Shown: positions 1-13,798, counted from the first letter of the whole stretch. The stretch: DNA of 62,177 nucleotides, filler included, from Chiloscyllium plagiosum (GCF_004010195.1; 4 parts of one record of this genome joined end to end with filler, not necessarily neighbours in it), one strand, 5' to 3'. The notes: generated from the letters alone by a model not told the origin. Numbers and translations are program-made.

Positions 1-165
1 ATGAGCAGGGGTAGTGTTCCCCTCGGGGTTCTGGGGGGTGGGGATAGTGACAGTGGGGTCTGTGGGGGGCGTGTCAGCAGAATGCAGGTGAGTGGCGCTG
101 GTGGGGGCGGAAGTGGTGGCAGACACGGCAGTGGGGGTGGCGGAAGTCACTGTGCGTGTGAAGGG
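1..165 (-). mobile_element. Penelope-like element fragment
   Basis: Closely matches 28830-28920 (cagcagaatgcaggtgagtgg...gaagtcactg) of the Penelope copy. Confidence 0.75.
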
Positions 166-299
166 GAAGGGTTTAGAGGGATAATGTGCCGGGTGGTGGC
201 AGGTGGGACTAGATTGGGTTGGGATATCTGTTCAGCATGGACGGGTTGGACCGAAGGGACTGTTTCCATGCTGTACATCTCTCAGACTCTATGACTCTA

Positions 300-1830
300 A
301 ATCTTTACCACAGATTGTATGCTTTTTCTTTCTCTGCCCCTGACTTCCCTTGTCAGCCATGGTTGCTTCATCCTCCCCTTAGTAGGTTTCTTCTTTCTTG
401 GGATGAATTTCTGATGTGCCACATGAATTACCCCCTGAAACTTGTGCCATTGCTACTCCACTGTCTTCCCCGTTACACTCCCCTTTCAGTCAATTCTGGC
501 TAGCTCCTCCCTGCAGTTACCTTTACTCAGTTGCAATATTGTTACATTTGATTCCAGCTTCTCCCTCTCAAACTGCTGGGTTAATTCTATTATATTACTG
601 TTCCCTTATCTGCTGTGTTTGAAGTTAGATTCTTGACTCTTTCCATACTGTCTATCCTATTACATGTTTTGGAAACTTTGATAACCTCTCCTGAGCTCTT
701 ACCCTTTTAACATTTTCCATAATTTTCTATGCAACTGAACTCTCCTCAACACAATGTGGGTGGCACAGTGGCTCAGTGGTTAGCACTGCTGCCTCACAGC
801 ACCAGGGACCCAGGTTCAATTCCAGCCTCGGGCGACTGTCTGTGTGGAGTTTGTACATTCTCCCCGTGTCTGCATGGGTTTCCTCCGGGTGCTCTGGTTT
901 CCTCCCACAATCCAAAGATGTGCAGTTTAGATAAACTGGCCAAGCTAAATTGCCCATAGTGTTAGGCAATCAGTCGGGGGTCAATATAGGGAAATGTGTC
1001 TGGGTGGGTTACTCTTCGGAGGGTCGGTGTGGACTTGTTGAGCCAAATAGCCTGTTTCCACCCTGTAGGGAATCTAATCTAATCTAAACCACAGCCCTAG
1101 TTATGTGATTCACCAGGACTCTGTTCCCAGTATAATTCAAGTGGACCCCATCGCTTCAGAACAGATCCCTCTTTCCCTAGTGCTGGTGACAATGCTCCAT
1201 GAATTCATAGGAAGGGTTTGAAGGGATATGGGCCGGGTGCTGGCAGGTGGGACTAGATTGGGTTGGGATATCTGGTCGGCATGGATGAGTTGGACTGAAG
1301 GGTGTGCTGTACATCTCCATGTCTATGACAATGACAATAATGCCAACCTGTTTCTCCCACACCAATATAGGAGTCACGCATTTACCTCTTTGATCTTGTT
1401 AACCTCATGTGATTTTACTTGTGGGTCAGGTCTGGAAACTGTTACCTTTTTGGTTCGGCTTTTTAATTTAGCCCCTCACTGCTCATATTCCCTCAATCGA
1501 ACCTCTTTCCTCTTTCTACCCAGATCATTAGTACCTACATGGACTGTGACAACTGGATCTTTCCCCTTCCCACTTCAAGTTCCTTTGTAGCCCAGATGAG
1601 ATATCCTGAACCTGGGCACCAGGCAGGCAACACAACCTTCAGGACTCTTGATCCTGGCCACAGAGAACAGTGTCTACTCCCCTAACTATACAACCACCAA
1701 TTACAACTACATTTCTCTTCTTTCCCCCTTCTTGAGTGGCTCCCTGTACCAAGGTGCTATGGTCTGTTGCTCATCCTTCCTATAACCCCCACTCTTATCC
1801 ACACAGAGAGCAAGAATCTCAGATCTAAGA
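300..1830 (-). mobile_element. CR1 LINE 5' region with ORF1 SGNH-esterase relic, interrupted by younger insertions
   Basis: Minus strand near 1521-1560 reads KDPVVTVHVGTNDL and CCLPGA occurs near 1615-1632; both are typical CR1 ORF1 esterase motifs. Confidence 0.7.
760..1088 (+). mobile_element. HE1-type tRNA-derived V-SINE, near full length
   Basis: A box TGGCTCAGTGG, B box GGTTCAATTCC, central GTGTGGAGTTTG..TTCTCCCCGTGTCTGC, CR1-like tail and (AATCT)n end. Confidence 0.85.
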
Positions 1831-2932
1831 GATAAGCTGTATTGTAGCAAATGTGACCAGAGGAAGCAGCAAAAAGTCAGTGTTAGACCAGTTATCCCAA
1901 ATGTTAACCTGTTCAGTGTTTTTTATTAAATATAGTGAAGCTGCTGTAAACCACCAGCCTTTGCTGATTTGTTGATTGAGGATGGGGAATCATTTGAAAT
2001 TGAACAAACTGTGTTCAGTAAAAATGGCTTTACTGCGGTTACAGTAAATCCAAATTGCAATCATTCAAACATTTTTGCTTTCCGTTGAGATAGGAGGCAG
2101 TCAGAAGATCCCTAAGACACAGTAGCAGTCGGTTGGCAACTATGGACTGATTTGCACAATGCAACTTTGTGTTTCAGGTTACTGAATGCTTGTTCTACAA
2201 TAGAATATTGCCTCTTGTACTTCACTGTACGTGTGTTCTTTTGGCATTTGAAGGTGGAGCCAATGTATTATAAGCCATGTCTTTAGGCCATATCCATCAA
2301 CCCTAACAAGGAAACTATTCTTTCGATGTCCTGCACAAAGATCTTTGACAGAACAAAACACTGATTCACAATAAAGCAATTGTGAGAGCAGCCAGGGAAA
2401 TTTGCAGATGCATGCCTGCTTTCTCAACCACCTGCACAGTGAGCGATTTGAATTACCTGTGACAAAATAAGTTTGTGGTTTAACTCACACTTGGGTGTTT
2501 CATATGCACAAATGTGCACTGGTTGCAGCTGTGCTAATTGTAACATGTAGTGGATTTTTTTTTTAAGTGACAAAACATTTCACTCAAACCTGCATGGACA
2601 CTCAAAGTGATCTACTGAACATGGTAACAACATTATACACAATAGGCGGGACAATTGAAGCTGCTGTGAGGGGCAAGGAAATAGCGGGCTGGACAGAATG
2701 TGGAAGCCTAGCAGCAATGGAGTTGAGCTACAGATCACCCATCATTGAAATGAATGGTGTAGAAGGCTTAAGGAAATGACTGTCCTATTGCAACGTCATG
2801 TCTTTGCTCCAGTCATTTCCAGGGGCAAAATAATCAGTGCTCCAACATCGTTTTACATTTTAAAAATTCCACTTCGCTTACACTCTTAGTTTTAAAAATG
2901 TTTCTTTTAATCTTGTTAGTTTTCTCTGGAGA

Positions 2933-3153
2933 TAAGATTAGAGTAGTGCTTGAAAAGCACAGCAGGTCAAACAGCATCCGAGGACCAGGAAAATCAATGT
3001 CTCAAGCAAACGGAATTCCTGATGAATGGCTTTTGCCTGAAACATCGATTTTCCTGCTCTTTGGATGCTGCTTGACTTGCTGTGCTTTTCCAGCAGCACT
3101 CTAATCTTGACTCTAATCTCCAGCATCTGCAGTACCCACTTTCGCCTAGATGA
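2933..3153. mobile_element. Head-to-head Penelope pseudo-LTR insertion with 12-bp TSD
   Basis: Internal inverted repeat (gaaaagcacagcaggtc / gacttgctgtgcttttc); TSD TTTCTCTGGAGA at 2921-2932 and 3154-3165. Confidence 0.75.
3019..3046 (+). ncRNA. Variant hammerhead ribozyme motif
   Basis: CTGATGAATGGC(TTTT)GCCTGAAACATC; core boxes intact, helix III partly mismatched. Confidence 0.45.
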
Positions 3154-4419
3154 TTTCTCTGGAGAAAGCCCTATCTATGTACAAATCGCTCCTTATAGCC
3201 ATCGATTTACTACCTATTATCACTTTGAATCTACAGCTTCAATCACCAGCTCCAGGATTCCATTCACGTGAGAGAATTTCCTTGCAATCCCTGTTGCTGA
3301 GGTGACTGCTGAGGCTGAGGAGCTCCAAGCAGATTTTGAAAGGCCTGAGCAGAGCACTGCTGCTCCTCCTGGCTAGAGTGACCAGGAATCCAGTTGTGGT
3401 TTCTCATCCACGTACTGGTGCGCCGATAATTTTCTAAAAAAATAGTTCAAGTCTCCCAGATTTCACCTTTCCTGTCTTTGTTGAATATAGGGGAGAAGGT
3501 CAGTGTGAAATTTTGTCTTTCCTGTAAAAACGCATCACACCACAGACCAGTTGTATGTATGCAGGAGATGTCATCTCATGCGCGTCCCCTAACTCTTGCC
3601 ATTTGCAGCCAACACATCAATCATTGCAGTGTCCCACCCTCCTATAGCTTTTCAGTATGAGTCAGTTTTGACTTTTGAAAATCTGGGTATCCTATCCAAG
3701 CCCACAAGAATTTCAGAGTAAGGAAAAGCTTGAAAAGTTACCTAGACTTTTTCTAGACTGTAGGTTATCCCCGTAGCTTGGGTGCGACGAGGAAATAGAT
3801 AGAGTGAGTCTGCTCCAGTATAAACATTTAAATTACATCAGGACATCAATGTTGTTGTCAAGCATCAACCTTTCAATCTGAGTTCACCCTTCAGTGGTTT
3901 TAGTGGTGTAGTAGTTGGCATTAATATTATGGTGGCTACAAACAAGATAGATTGGAGATAGAATTTTGATTATTAATATTTAAACCTCTTAAATAACCCA
4001 CGATGGGAGAGGCTTTTGCCCAAAATGTCAATTTTTCTGCTCCTCAGATGCTGTATCTGCTGTGCTTTTCCAACACCACTCTAATCTAAACCTTTGTTAA
4101 AATTGAGGCTGAATGTTCAAATAATTCAATTTTTCTGAAAGCGAAGCTCAGAGGCCCTCATGATTTCAAAGCTTGTTCTACTGAGCACGGGATTAATCTA
4201 GTCAGAGCCGTAAGCACTGCGTTTAGAACTCTACATCCTGCTCCTAAGTGTCAGTCCCAAGCTGTGGAGGAAGGGTCATTCCTGGATTCCACTTCCCATC
4301 ATCACCACTCCCTGTCAGGAATTATATTTGACTTGCACAAAATAATCCACATTTTAAGCAGGAATGCAGAACTAATAAAATTTACAAATTCTGTAATTTT
4401 TCTTTGAGAGTCATGCAAA

Positions 4420-5045
4420 CATAACAACATATGGATTATGAGAAAAAGCAAGTTGTTCCGCCCCTCAATTCTGCTCTGCCATTCATTAAACCATGACTGA
4501 TCTGTTTGGGACCTCACCTTCATATGCTCGCCTGCCTTCAATAATTTTTGACCGTTACCACTTTGTTAACTGAGAATCTGTCTACCTCTTGTCTCAAAAA
4601 TATTCAATGACCCTACCTCTGCCTCCAATGCTCTTTGGGAAAGAGAATTCCAATCCCCAATCCTACAAGAGATTAAAAAAAAACTCATCTCTGTCTTAAA
4701 TGGAGACCCTTCATTTTAACACATTTTCCCCTGTTCTTAGTCTTTCCCACAAGGGGAATCATTCTTTCAACATCTCATCTATTAAGTGCCCTCTAGATCT
4801 TTTTTGGTTCCATAAAATCTGTTCTCAGTTTTCTGTCTTCCAATAACTACAGAGCCAACAATTTCACATAATTCTACATTCTAGGTATCAGCTAGGTGGA
4901 CCTTCTCTGAACTGTTTCTGTTGCATTTATACCCCTTCTTAAATGAGGAAACCAACCTGTGAACATAGACTTGGTCATACAAATGCCCTGTACAATTGTA
5001 ACAAAGCATCCCTTTTTTCATAATCTATCCCTCTTCTAATAAACA
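4420..5045 (-). mobile_element. Old CR1 LINE 3' fragment
   Basis: Degenerate CR1 3' ORF2/tail motifs shared with 59470-60300 and 35340-35830. Confidence 0.55.
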
Positions 5046-7049
5046 GCAGTGACTCCCATAAGCTGGACCTAGGCTTCTATCTATCGCCTACTCTGTCTTT
5101 CAGTGAGCTGTTATGCCTAATGTAGACAACCTGGTGCTAGTGACATGTTCAGTAAGCTGGGGACCTGGGAGCTGCTGGTGGCTTTTCACACTCCTCGCAC
5201 TTAGATGTCCCCTTTTTTGCCAATGATCTTCTTAGGAGTAGACAGAGGCTCCACCCCTTACATGGTCTGCAGAATCCAAATGCACTAACCTGCTCTCTGG
5301 TCCGGTTACAGCCGAATGCGTTAGAAGGATTTGAATATTCAGCCATCATCTTCTTAATATCACTTGTAGTTATTTATACACCATGATACATAGTGTCACA
5401 CTAAGCATGCCTTTAATGTAACTCAGCTGATTCTTCAATGCACCTTCAGTGTCTGGTTAAAGAACAATTGATGTTCCAACCACCACCACCCTCCTTTCCC
5501 TTCTATGAAGGCAGTAACTCATTCTATCACACAGGAGGTGGAATGTGATGGAGCAAGCTATTGTCACTGTTTGGTCTAAAAGTTGCACATTCTATGATGC
5601 TCAGCTGGAACTGGTGGCTCTGGGTGCAGCCAGAGTTAACTTTTGTATCAGATGTTGTTACAGTAGTTCTAGACTTTCAGCATGTGGCTTCCATTGTTGA
5701 CTAGCTAGCTGGCTTCCCTTCCTACGTGCTCTGCATACACTCATATTTGCATTCTCTGTTGGTTCTAGTTATCACAATAAACTATTTCAGACTGGTAACT
5801 GTCACACTGTATTTATTTTTCTTTTCATGACATGTATATACTTTACACAAGCCTCCTTGAGATTAGCTCCATTCAAGGTATTCAGCACATGACGACTGTG
5901 AATCAACATTAATCCTTTTACAGCTATTACATTTTTCCCATTATGAAGGATTCCTTTGCAGCTGATAGTTATAGTGGCAGGCTATTAACACTAAGCTTTT
6001 GAGTTCAAATCCAAGTGAAGCAATAATTACATCAGAAATGCAAGTGTGTCATTAACAGCCACCTTATCAGTTTTAGTTACTATATATAAATATATATATA
6101 TATAGCCCTGTCAATACTTTCACATTTGATAATTGCACATTTCATAAGCTGTAATTACTTCTCTATAGTATCACAACTATTAGATACAGGCTGTGTCTTT
6201 ATTGATGTCTTTCAGTTTGATTTGAGAGCCCTGTGGCAGGGATTGTTTTACCTTGGGTGCATGTGACCCTGTTTTGCTAGCTGTGGGTACAAGTAGATTG
6301 ATCCAAAGTTAGAACAAACTGCAGAGGAATGATTGGGTAATATGTTACACCTTAAGTTCTGGAGTTTCTTTTCAACAAGCCCTTAGCTTTTGATTCAGGA
6401 TCGACACTATTTTTCCTCTTCCCTTAGGAAGGTTGGTGAGTATTGCTCACTGTTAATGAGATTCCCTTTCTGCACGGCCCTGGGTGTAACTCAGTTCAGT
6501 CCGTCTGTACGTATGCCATTGCCAAACAACACCCCTTGACAGTTTTCAATTGATCTGCTCAGGTGGAGTCTGTCAAAGTTTAATTACCTGCCAAAGTTTG
6601 AAGGGTACATCTGAGCAGAGATATTTAACTGAAGTGCTGAATAATTTTTTTTCACTTATAAATACTTTTGTAATAATTAATCTCAGCTTCTATTCTTTAC
6701 AGTGGTCTTTTTAGCTGCCTAGTTTTCATTTTTGGGCTAGGTAGGTCTGTGGTTTAGGACTCAGTGCTGACTCCACCTATTTACAAATGTATGCATAATT
6801 TAGATCCATTGTGCATGGTGTTTTTGCGTTTTAATGCAATCAATACAACTGACTGGCACACTTTCCCACAAAGACAGGTAGTAACATCATTAACAAAAGA
6901 ACAATCCAACTTCAATGGCACACTTGGGAAAAATTAATTTACGACAGGATGTTCTACTGAAAGTGAGTAAGAAATGACCTTAACTCGAAGAGCAAGATGT
7001 ATAAATGATAGTCTAACCACCCAATGCCCACACCCATGAACAAATAATC

Positions 7050-9515
7050 AAAATAAAGGGAGAATATGTTTAGGCAGAGATAAGAAATAGGAAATGTAAG
7101 AAGTCACGTATGGGAGTAGTTTATACTGTGGGACAGAGTATACATGAGAAAATAAATGGAGAGTATAATAATGGTACTGTAATAATCATGGGTGACTTCA
7201 ACTTACATGTAGATTGGGCGAATTAAGTTGGCAGAGGCAGTCTGGAAAATCATTTCATGCAGTGTATTCAGGTCAATTTATTAGAGCAAAATATCAGGAG
7301 TGAACCAGGGACCAAGCTATTCCAAACCTGATAAAGTGCAAATAAACATGATTAAACAATAATCTTTTGGCCACAGCAATATAACTTGAAAGGACTTCAC
7401 AAAAAAAACAAAGAACTGCAGTTTCTCGAAATCTGAAGCAAACAAAAACAGAAATTGCTGGAGAAACTCAGCAAGTCTAGCAGCATCTGTGAAGAGAAAA
7501 CAGAATAAACAATTTAAATCCACTGACCCTTCTTTAGAACTCTCTTCACTATTGGAGAGTTATAAAACCTCCCAAAGACATTTGGAATTCAAGAGGTAAA
7601 ACATTCTTAAAACTTAAAACATTGATGATCACCAGGAAAATGGTACTGAGACAACTATTTGATCTAAGGGCTGTCAATTCTTCAGGATCCAATGGTCTGC
7701 ATCCTCACGTCTTAAAGGAAGTGACAGTTTAGATAATGATGCTCTGGTGATAATCTTACAGAATGTCTTAGACTTTGGAGGAGTCCCAGTGGATTGAAAT
7801 ATAGCACATGTAACTCCATTATTCAAGTAAATCAGGAAGGAGACAAAAGTCAGAAAATTATATTCTGTTAGCCTTACATCTGTTATTAGGAAATTACTGG
7901 AATCTATTATTAAGGAAGATTTGCTTTATTCATTCATGGGGATGAGGGCATTGCTAGCTAATCAAGCATTTATAGCCTTAGAGGGCAGGTAAGAGTCAAT
8001 TGCATTGCTGTGGCTCTGGAGTCACATGTAAGCCAGACGAGGAAAGGATGGCAGATTTCCTTCCCTAAAGGACATTAGTGAACCAGGTGGGGTTTTCTGC
8101 AACAATAATTTCATAGTTATCATTAGACTCTCACTTCCAGATGTTTATTGAATTCAAACTCTACCATCTGCCGTGGCAGGATTCAATCACAGGTTCTCTA
8201 GATTAACAGTCTAGTGATAATACCACGACGCGACCATCAAGTGGGTTTTAATTCTCAATACTAAGAAAATGACAATGAGATTAGGAATTATTTTGTTTGT
8301 AGTCTTATGAAGCACATGTTTATGATAGAGAAATCATACTTATTTAATTAGTTTATTTGAGTTCTTTGAAGAAATAGTAAACTAAGTAGATACAGGGGAA
8401 CTGCTAATTGTGGTGAATGTGGACTTCAAAACACATTTGATAAGGCGCCACATCAATGGTTACTATGCAAAATAAAAGCTCATATTGTAGAGGTAATATA
8501 TTAACAATGACAAAGTATTTGCTAGCAAACAGGAAGCAGAAAGTGGGATATAATTGGGTTATTTTCAAGTTGGCAAGATGTGGGGAAATACTATAGGGAC
8601 CAATGATAGGGCTTCAATCTGTGTCAACGAATTGGAGGAAGGGACCAAATCTAGGCTAACTAAATTTGCTTGATGGCACCAAGATAAGTAAGTTGTTAAG
8701 GAGTGCCAAAAAGTCTGCAAAAGGTAACAGACAGGTTAAGTGACAGGCAGAGTTTACTATGGGAACATATGAACTTGTTCACTTTGGCAGGAAGACTAGA
8801 AAAGCAGAATACTTATTGAACAGAGGGAGACTACAGAGCTTCGTGCTGCAGAAGAATCTGGATGTGCTGGAACATGAATCACATAAAGTTTGTATGGAAG
8901 TACAGCAAATGATTAAGAGGGCAATTGGATTGTTGGTGCTGAAGGGAAATGGATATGCACAAGAGTTAGGAGCTTTATTGCAAATATGTAGGACCTTGGC
9001 ATGATGCTATTTCTAGTACTCGATGCAGTTTTGTTCTCTCTATTTGAAAATAGATATGTGCATTAGAAGCATTTCAGACCATGCTCATTTATCTCATTAG
9101 CAGGTTAAAAAGCTCATTCTATGAAGAAATAGAGTGAGAGGTAACCTTATTGAAACAATGGTCCCTGAGGGATCTTGATAGTGTGTAGACCAGGAGGATA
9201 TTTCCTCTTGCAAAGGAGAATAGAACTAGAGGATTCCATTTAAATATAAAAGATTTCCCTTTTAAAAATGTAGTGAGGATTTTTTTTTCTCGAAGAGGAA
9301 TGCTAATCATTGGAATTCTTTTCCGCAGAAAGCAGTGAACACTGGTTGATTGAATATATTACTGGCAAACTCAGATTTTTCATCGACAGGGAAGCCAAGG
9401 ATTATAAAAGACATATAGAAAGGGGCATTGACACTCAGTCAGGATCATATTGAATGGAGGTGTAGCAGACTGAAAGGACCAAATAGCCTTCCCCTGCTCT
9501 GATCTTGCGTTGCTA
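7050..9515 (+). mobile_element. Decayed CR1 LINE ORF2 with nested pLTR and SINE insertions
   Basis: Endonuclease IIMGDFN near 7185, RT-region relics, ELVHFGRK near 8770, CR1-like 3' end near 9470. Confidence 0.7.
7925..8238 (-). mobile_element. Second tRNA-derived SINE family (other copies about 21240-21548 -, 32825-33170 +, 42365-42505 -, 55560-55850 -)
   Basis: Recurrent block ctggagtcacatgta..ccagaccaggtaaggatggcagatttccttccctaaaggacattagtgaacc with a tRNA-like head at the right end. Confidence 0.65.
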
Positions 9516-9629
9516 AGTAATGGTGCTGGTTCAAAGCGCTAACATAGCATGAAATCTAGTTGGATGGATTGCTGGATCTTATGCCTTCAAGCATTTGCTC
9601 TACAAAGTTACGGATGCTTTTTATCTTTT

Positions 9630-10567
9630 AGCCCCACAAGGCTATGTACTCAGCCCCCTACTGTACTCCTTACATACACATGGCTGTGTGGCCAAATTCC
9701 ACCCCAACTCCATTTACAAGTTTGCTGATGACACCACCATTTTACTTGGATCTCAAAAAATGATGAGACGGAGTACAGGAAGGAGGTAGAGTGCTTAGCA
9801 GCGTGGTCCAAAGATAACAATCTCTCTATCAACATCAGCAAAATGAAGGAGCTGGTCATTGACTTCAGGAAGTGTCCCTGTTTGCATCAATGGTGCTGAG
9901 GTGGAGATAGATGAGAGCATCAAGTTCCTGGAAAAGATGATCACCAACAATCTGACCTGGTTTACTCACATTGACATTGAGATCAAGAAAGCACAGCAAC
10001 ACCTCTACTTCCTCAGAAGGCTAAGGAAATTCGGCATGTCCTTAAAGTCTCAATTTTTTATAGATGCATCATAGAAAGCATCCTATCGGGATGCATCACA
10101 GCTTGGTATGGCAACTTCTTTTTCGAAGACTGAAAAAACTACAGAGAGTTGTGAAGACAACCCAGTCCATCCGACATACCTGCCTCCCAGCCATTGACTC
10201 TGTCTATATTTCCCACTGCCTCAGGAAAGCAACCAAAATAATCAAAGACACCTCCCACCTCGGTTATACAACTCATCCATCCTCTTCCATCAGGCAGAAG
10301 ATATAAAAGTTTGTATGCATGTATGAACAGATTCAAGAACAGCTTCTTCCCTGTGGTTATCAAACTTTTGAATGGACTTCGTTAATATTAATATTGATCT
10401 GTCTCTGTACCTTCATGACAGCTGTAACATTATGTGCTGAATTCTATTCTGTTATCTCAATGCACTGGTATAGCACAATATGCCTGTAAAGGCCGTAAAA
10501 CAAAATTTTCACTGTACTTCGGTAAACATGACAGTAATAAACCAAATCAAATCTAATCAAATCAAAT
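9630..10567 (+). mobile_element. Rex1/Babar-type LINE, 5'-truncated and frameshifted
   Basis: APQGYVLSPLLYSLHTHGCVAKFHPNSIYKFADDTT and KKAQQHLYFLRRLRKFG; (AAATC)n tail. Confidence 0.8.
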
Positions 10568-11065
10568 ATCTGCTAAATTAAAATCAGAACCTAATTTGCA
10601 AAACAGTAAATGCCTAATAATGGACTTTATTATCATGCAAAGTCCCTTTCAGGGAGACAATCATGGGTTCAATCTTATTTATTCTTTCACAGAATGTGGG
10701 CATTGCTGGCTCAATCAGCAATTGCCCATTAATTTCATCTGCTGTATTGGCAGGAGGTTTATATCTAGTGTAGTGATTAAAATCTGTTTTGCCTTAGTAC
10801 AAATGCAGAGTCTACAGAGACAAATTTGATACAACTTGCAACCCCTAGCTTTTCCTGAGTTTATCAGGTTTAAGTTATTGGAAATGGTTTTTGGAGACAA
10901 TTATTTTCTGGCACTGTACATAATCTATTACTCTATTACCAGGCACCAGTACTTTAAGTAATAGTCAGCATTTAATGTGTACGAAATATTGTGGTGTACA
11001 TAATAAGTTCTAGAGTTGTAGTCATGTATCTTATGAATGGTTGAAATGTACCTAACAAATGAGTA

Positions 11066-11280
11066 AACAGAAACAAAAACAGAAATTGCTGGAAAAGCTC
11101 AGCAGGTCTGGCAGCATCTGTGGAGAGAATTCCTTAGCCACCATTAGTTCTGAGGAAGGGTCACTGGAACCAAAATGTTAACTCTGACTTCTCGCCACGG
11201 ATGCTGCCAGACTTACTGAGCTTTTCCAGCAATTTCTGTTTTTGATTCTGATTTCCATAATCTACAGTTATTTCAGTTTT
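11066..11280. mobile_element. Older palindromic Penelope pseudo-LTR insertion
   Basis: aaaaacagaaattgctggaaaagctcag...ctgagcttttccagcaatttctgttttt inverted arms; degenerate hammerhead CTGAGGAAGGGTCACTGGAACC. Related copies about 7405-7540, 20680-20810, 42970-43170, 46030-46200, 49075-49175. Confidence 0.6.
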
Positions 11281-12447
11281 TAAAGTGAGTTAAAAGATTA
11301 CTTTGCTCTTTGCTTAAATTAAAACGTTCAATTGTGAAATGTACAAACACATCATTTTTAGTACCTTTCATATTTCAGGTTGGCCTATCCCTTTAAGACT
11401 GATACATATGTGGACAAAATGCACGTAGACACCATCATTATCTCAGATCACCTGTTTTCCACTGTCACTGGAAGTGTCAGGTGTAAATGCCTTGCAGGAT
11501 CGTAGGTCAATGCAGGTGTGTTTTTCTTTTGCTTACATGATGGTCTTTTTGTAAGGGAAAGGGAAGAAATTTTTTGCTGTCAGTCCAGTGACAGAAAGGT
11601 ATGCATTTTCTGTTGAAGGAGAATACTTTTAACAATGGGGAAAGCATTTTCCCTTCCTTGCCAATTACTAGTGACTTTACGTTAATTACTACAGACTGTA
11701 AACCTTTCGTGAAAGTATAAAATTGCAGAGCATTCAGCAGGAGAGGTGTAATGCATCCATAACAACCTCAGGAGATTGGAAAATGCTTCACAATATAACC
11801 ACTGTAGGAAACTTCAAAGCAAACGTTTTATACTTGTTTATGGAATAGCATTTATCACCCGTCCATAACTGTTCTTGAGAAAGTGGTGGTGAGCAGCACT
11901 CACATTTGGTCAGAAACTAAACAGAACCAGCTACATAAATACTGTGCTACAAGAGCAGGTCAGAGGCTAAGAATTCTACAGTGAATAACTCATCTCCTGA
12001 CTCCCCAAAGCTTGTCCACCGTTTACCAGGCAGAAGTCAGGAGTGTGATGAAATACTCTCTGTTTGCCTGGATGATTGCAGCAACAATAACATTTCAGAA
12101 GATTGACATCACCCAAAGCACAACAGCCACTTGACTGGCACCGTACACCCAAAGCCGATGGGTTCACAGTCTCAGGACACAGGGCATGCCACTTAGGACT
12201 GAGGTGAGGAAATATTTCCACACCCGGAGGGTGTGGATTTCGCTACCACAGAAGGAAGAGTCATTGAGTGCATATGCCAGAAAGACCAGACATAATGATA
12301 ATTATAGTATCAACCCAGTGCTTCACATCCAGGTAACCTAGTTCGGGAACTTGGCTGGGTTGATACTATAATTATCATTATGTCTGGTGTTTCTGGCATA
12401 TGCTTTGATGGTCTCTTGGTCAGTTCTGCCTCTTCCCATACTACAGG

Positions 12448-13620
12448 GTCATAGAGTCATAGAGACATACAGCATAGAAACAGACCCTTCAGTCCAACTT
12501 GGCCATGTAGACCAGATATCCCAACCCAATCTCGTCTCATTTGCAGGCAATTGGCACATATCCCTCTAAACCCATTCTATTCATATACCCATCCAGATGC
12601 CTTTTAAATGCTGTAATTGTACCAGCCTTCACCACTTCCTCTGGCAGCTCATTCCATACATGCACCACTCTCTGTGTGAAAAAGTTGCCCTTTAGGTCCC
12701 TTTTAAATTTTTCCCCTCTCATCCTAAACCTATGCCCTCTAGTTCTGGACTCCCCCACTAAGCTGCCTATTTATCCTATCCATGCCCCTCATGTTTTTAT
12801 AAATCTCTATAAGGTCACCCCTCAGCCTCCGACGCTCCAGGGAAAACAGCCCCAGCCTATTCAGCCTCTCCCTATTGCTCAAATCCTCCAATCCGGGCAA
12901 CATCCTTGTAAATCTTTTCTGAACCATTTTAAGTTTCACAATATTCTTCTGATAGGAAGGTGACCAGAATTGCAAGCAATATTCCAAAAGTGGCCTAACC
13001 AATGTCTTGTATAGTTACAACATGACCTTCCAACTCCTACAGTCAATGCTCTGACCAATAAAGGAAAGCATACCAAATGCATTCTTCACTATCTTATCTA
13101 TCTGTGACTCAACATTCAAGGAACTATGGACCTGCCTCCAAGGTTCCAAACTCCTTGCACCCAACATTCCCCAGCACCTTCCCATTAGGTGTATAAGTTC
13201 TGCTCTGATTTGTTTTTCCAAAATGCAGCACCTCACATTTATCAAATTAAACTTCATCTGTCACTCCTCAGACCATTGACCCACCTAATCAAGATCCCGT
13301 TGTAATCTGAGGTAACCTTCTTCACTGTCCACTACACCTCCAATTTTGGTGTCATCTGCAAACTTACTAACCATAACCTCTTATGTTCACATCGAAATCG
13401 TTTACATAAATGATGAAAAGCAGTGGACCCAACACCGATCCTTGTGGCACACCACTGGTCACAGGCCTCCAGTCTGAAAAACAACCCTCCACCACCACCC
13501 TCTGTCTTCTACCTTCGAGCCAGTTTTGTATCCAAATGGCTAGTTCTCCTTGTGTTCCATGGGATCTAATCTTGCTAACCAGTCTCCCATGGGGAACCTT
13601 GTTGAACGCCTTACTGAACG
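12448..13620 (-). mobile_element. HER1/CR1 LINE, 5'-truncated
   Basis: KFADD near 13351-13365, VRPLLEYCLQFWSP, NFFTQRVVHVWNELP, (CTATGACT)n tail. Confidence 0.88.
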
Positions 13621-13687
13621 TTTTCTGAAACTAAATATTTTACATGCGATCTCACATACAAGACTGAGTCCCCTTCTTCCTTTTCAG

Positions 13688-13798
13688 GTTCCTTGTTTTA
13701 CAGTGGGTTGGATGTAATGTTGCATAAGTTGCTTCTGCAGCAAGCAACAACATTTTGTGACTATGTGAAGATAATCAGCAAAGTCCACCTTTTCCAAG
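13688..13798 (+). CDS. Candidate plus-strand internal exon, product unknown
   Basis: Strong acceptor ccccttcttccttttcag|G and donor AAG|gtgact; 111 nt. The single open frame (phase 1 to 1) is SLFYSGLDVMLHKLLLQQATTFCDYVKIISKVHLFQ; no recognised homology. Confidence 0.35.

Noticed and set aside
760..830. tRNA-like sequence
   Set aside because: It is a SINE head with A/B boxes but no complete cloverleaf, and it continues into the HE1 body.
2179..2457. About 93-codon minus-strand open frame after an acceptor
   Set aside because: No recognisable motif, phase does not follow exon E, and the length is within chance.
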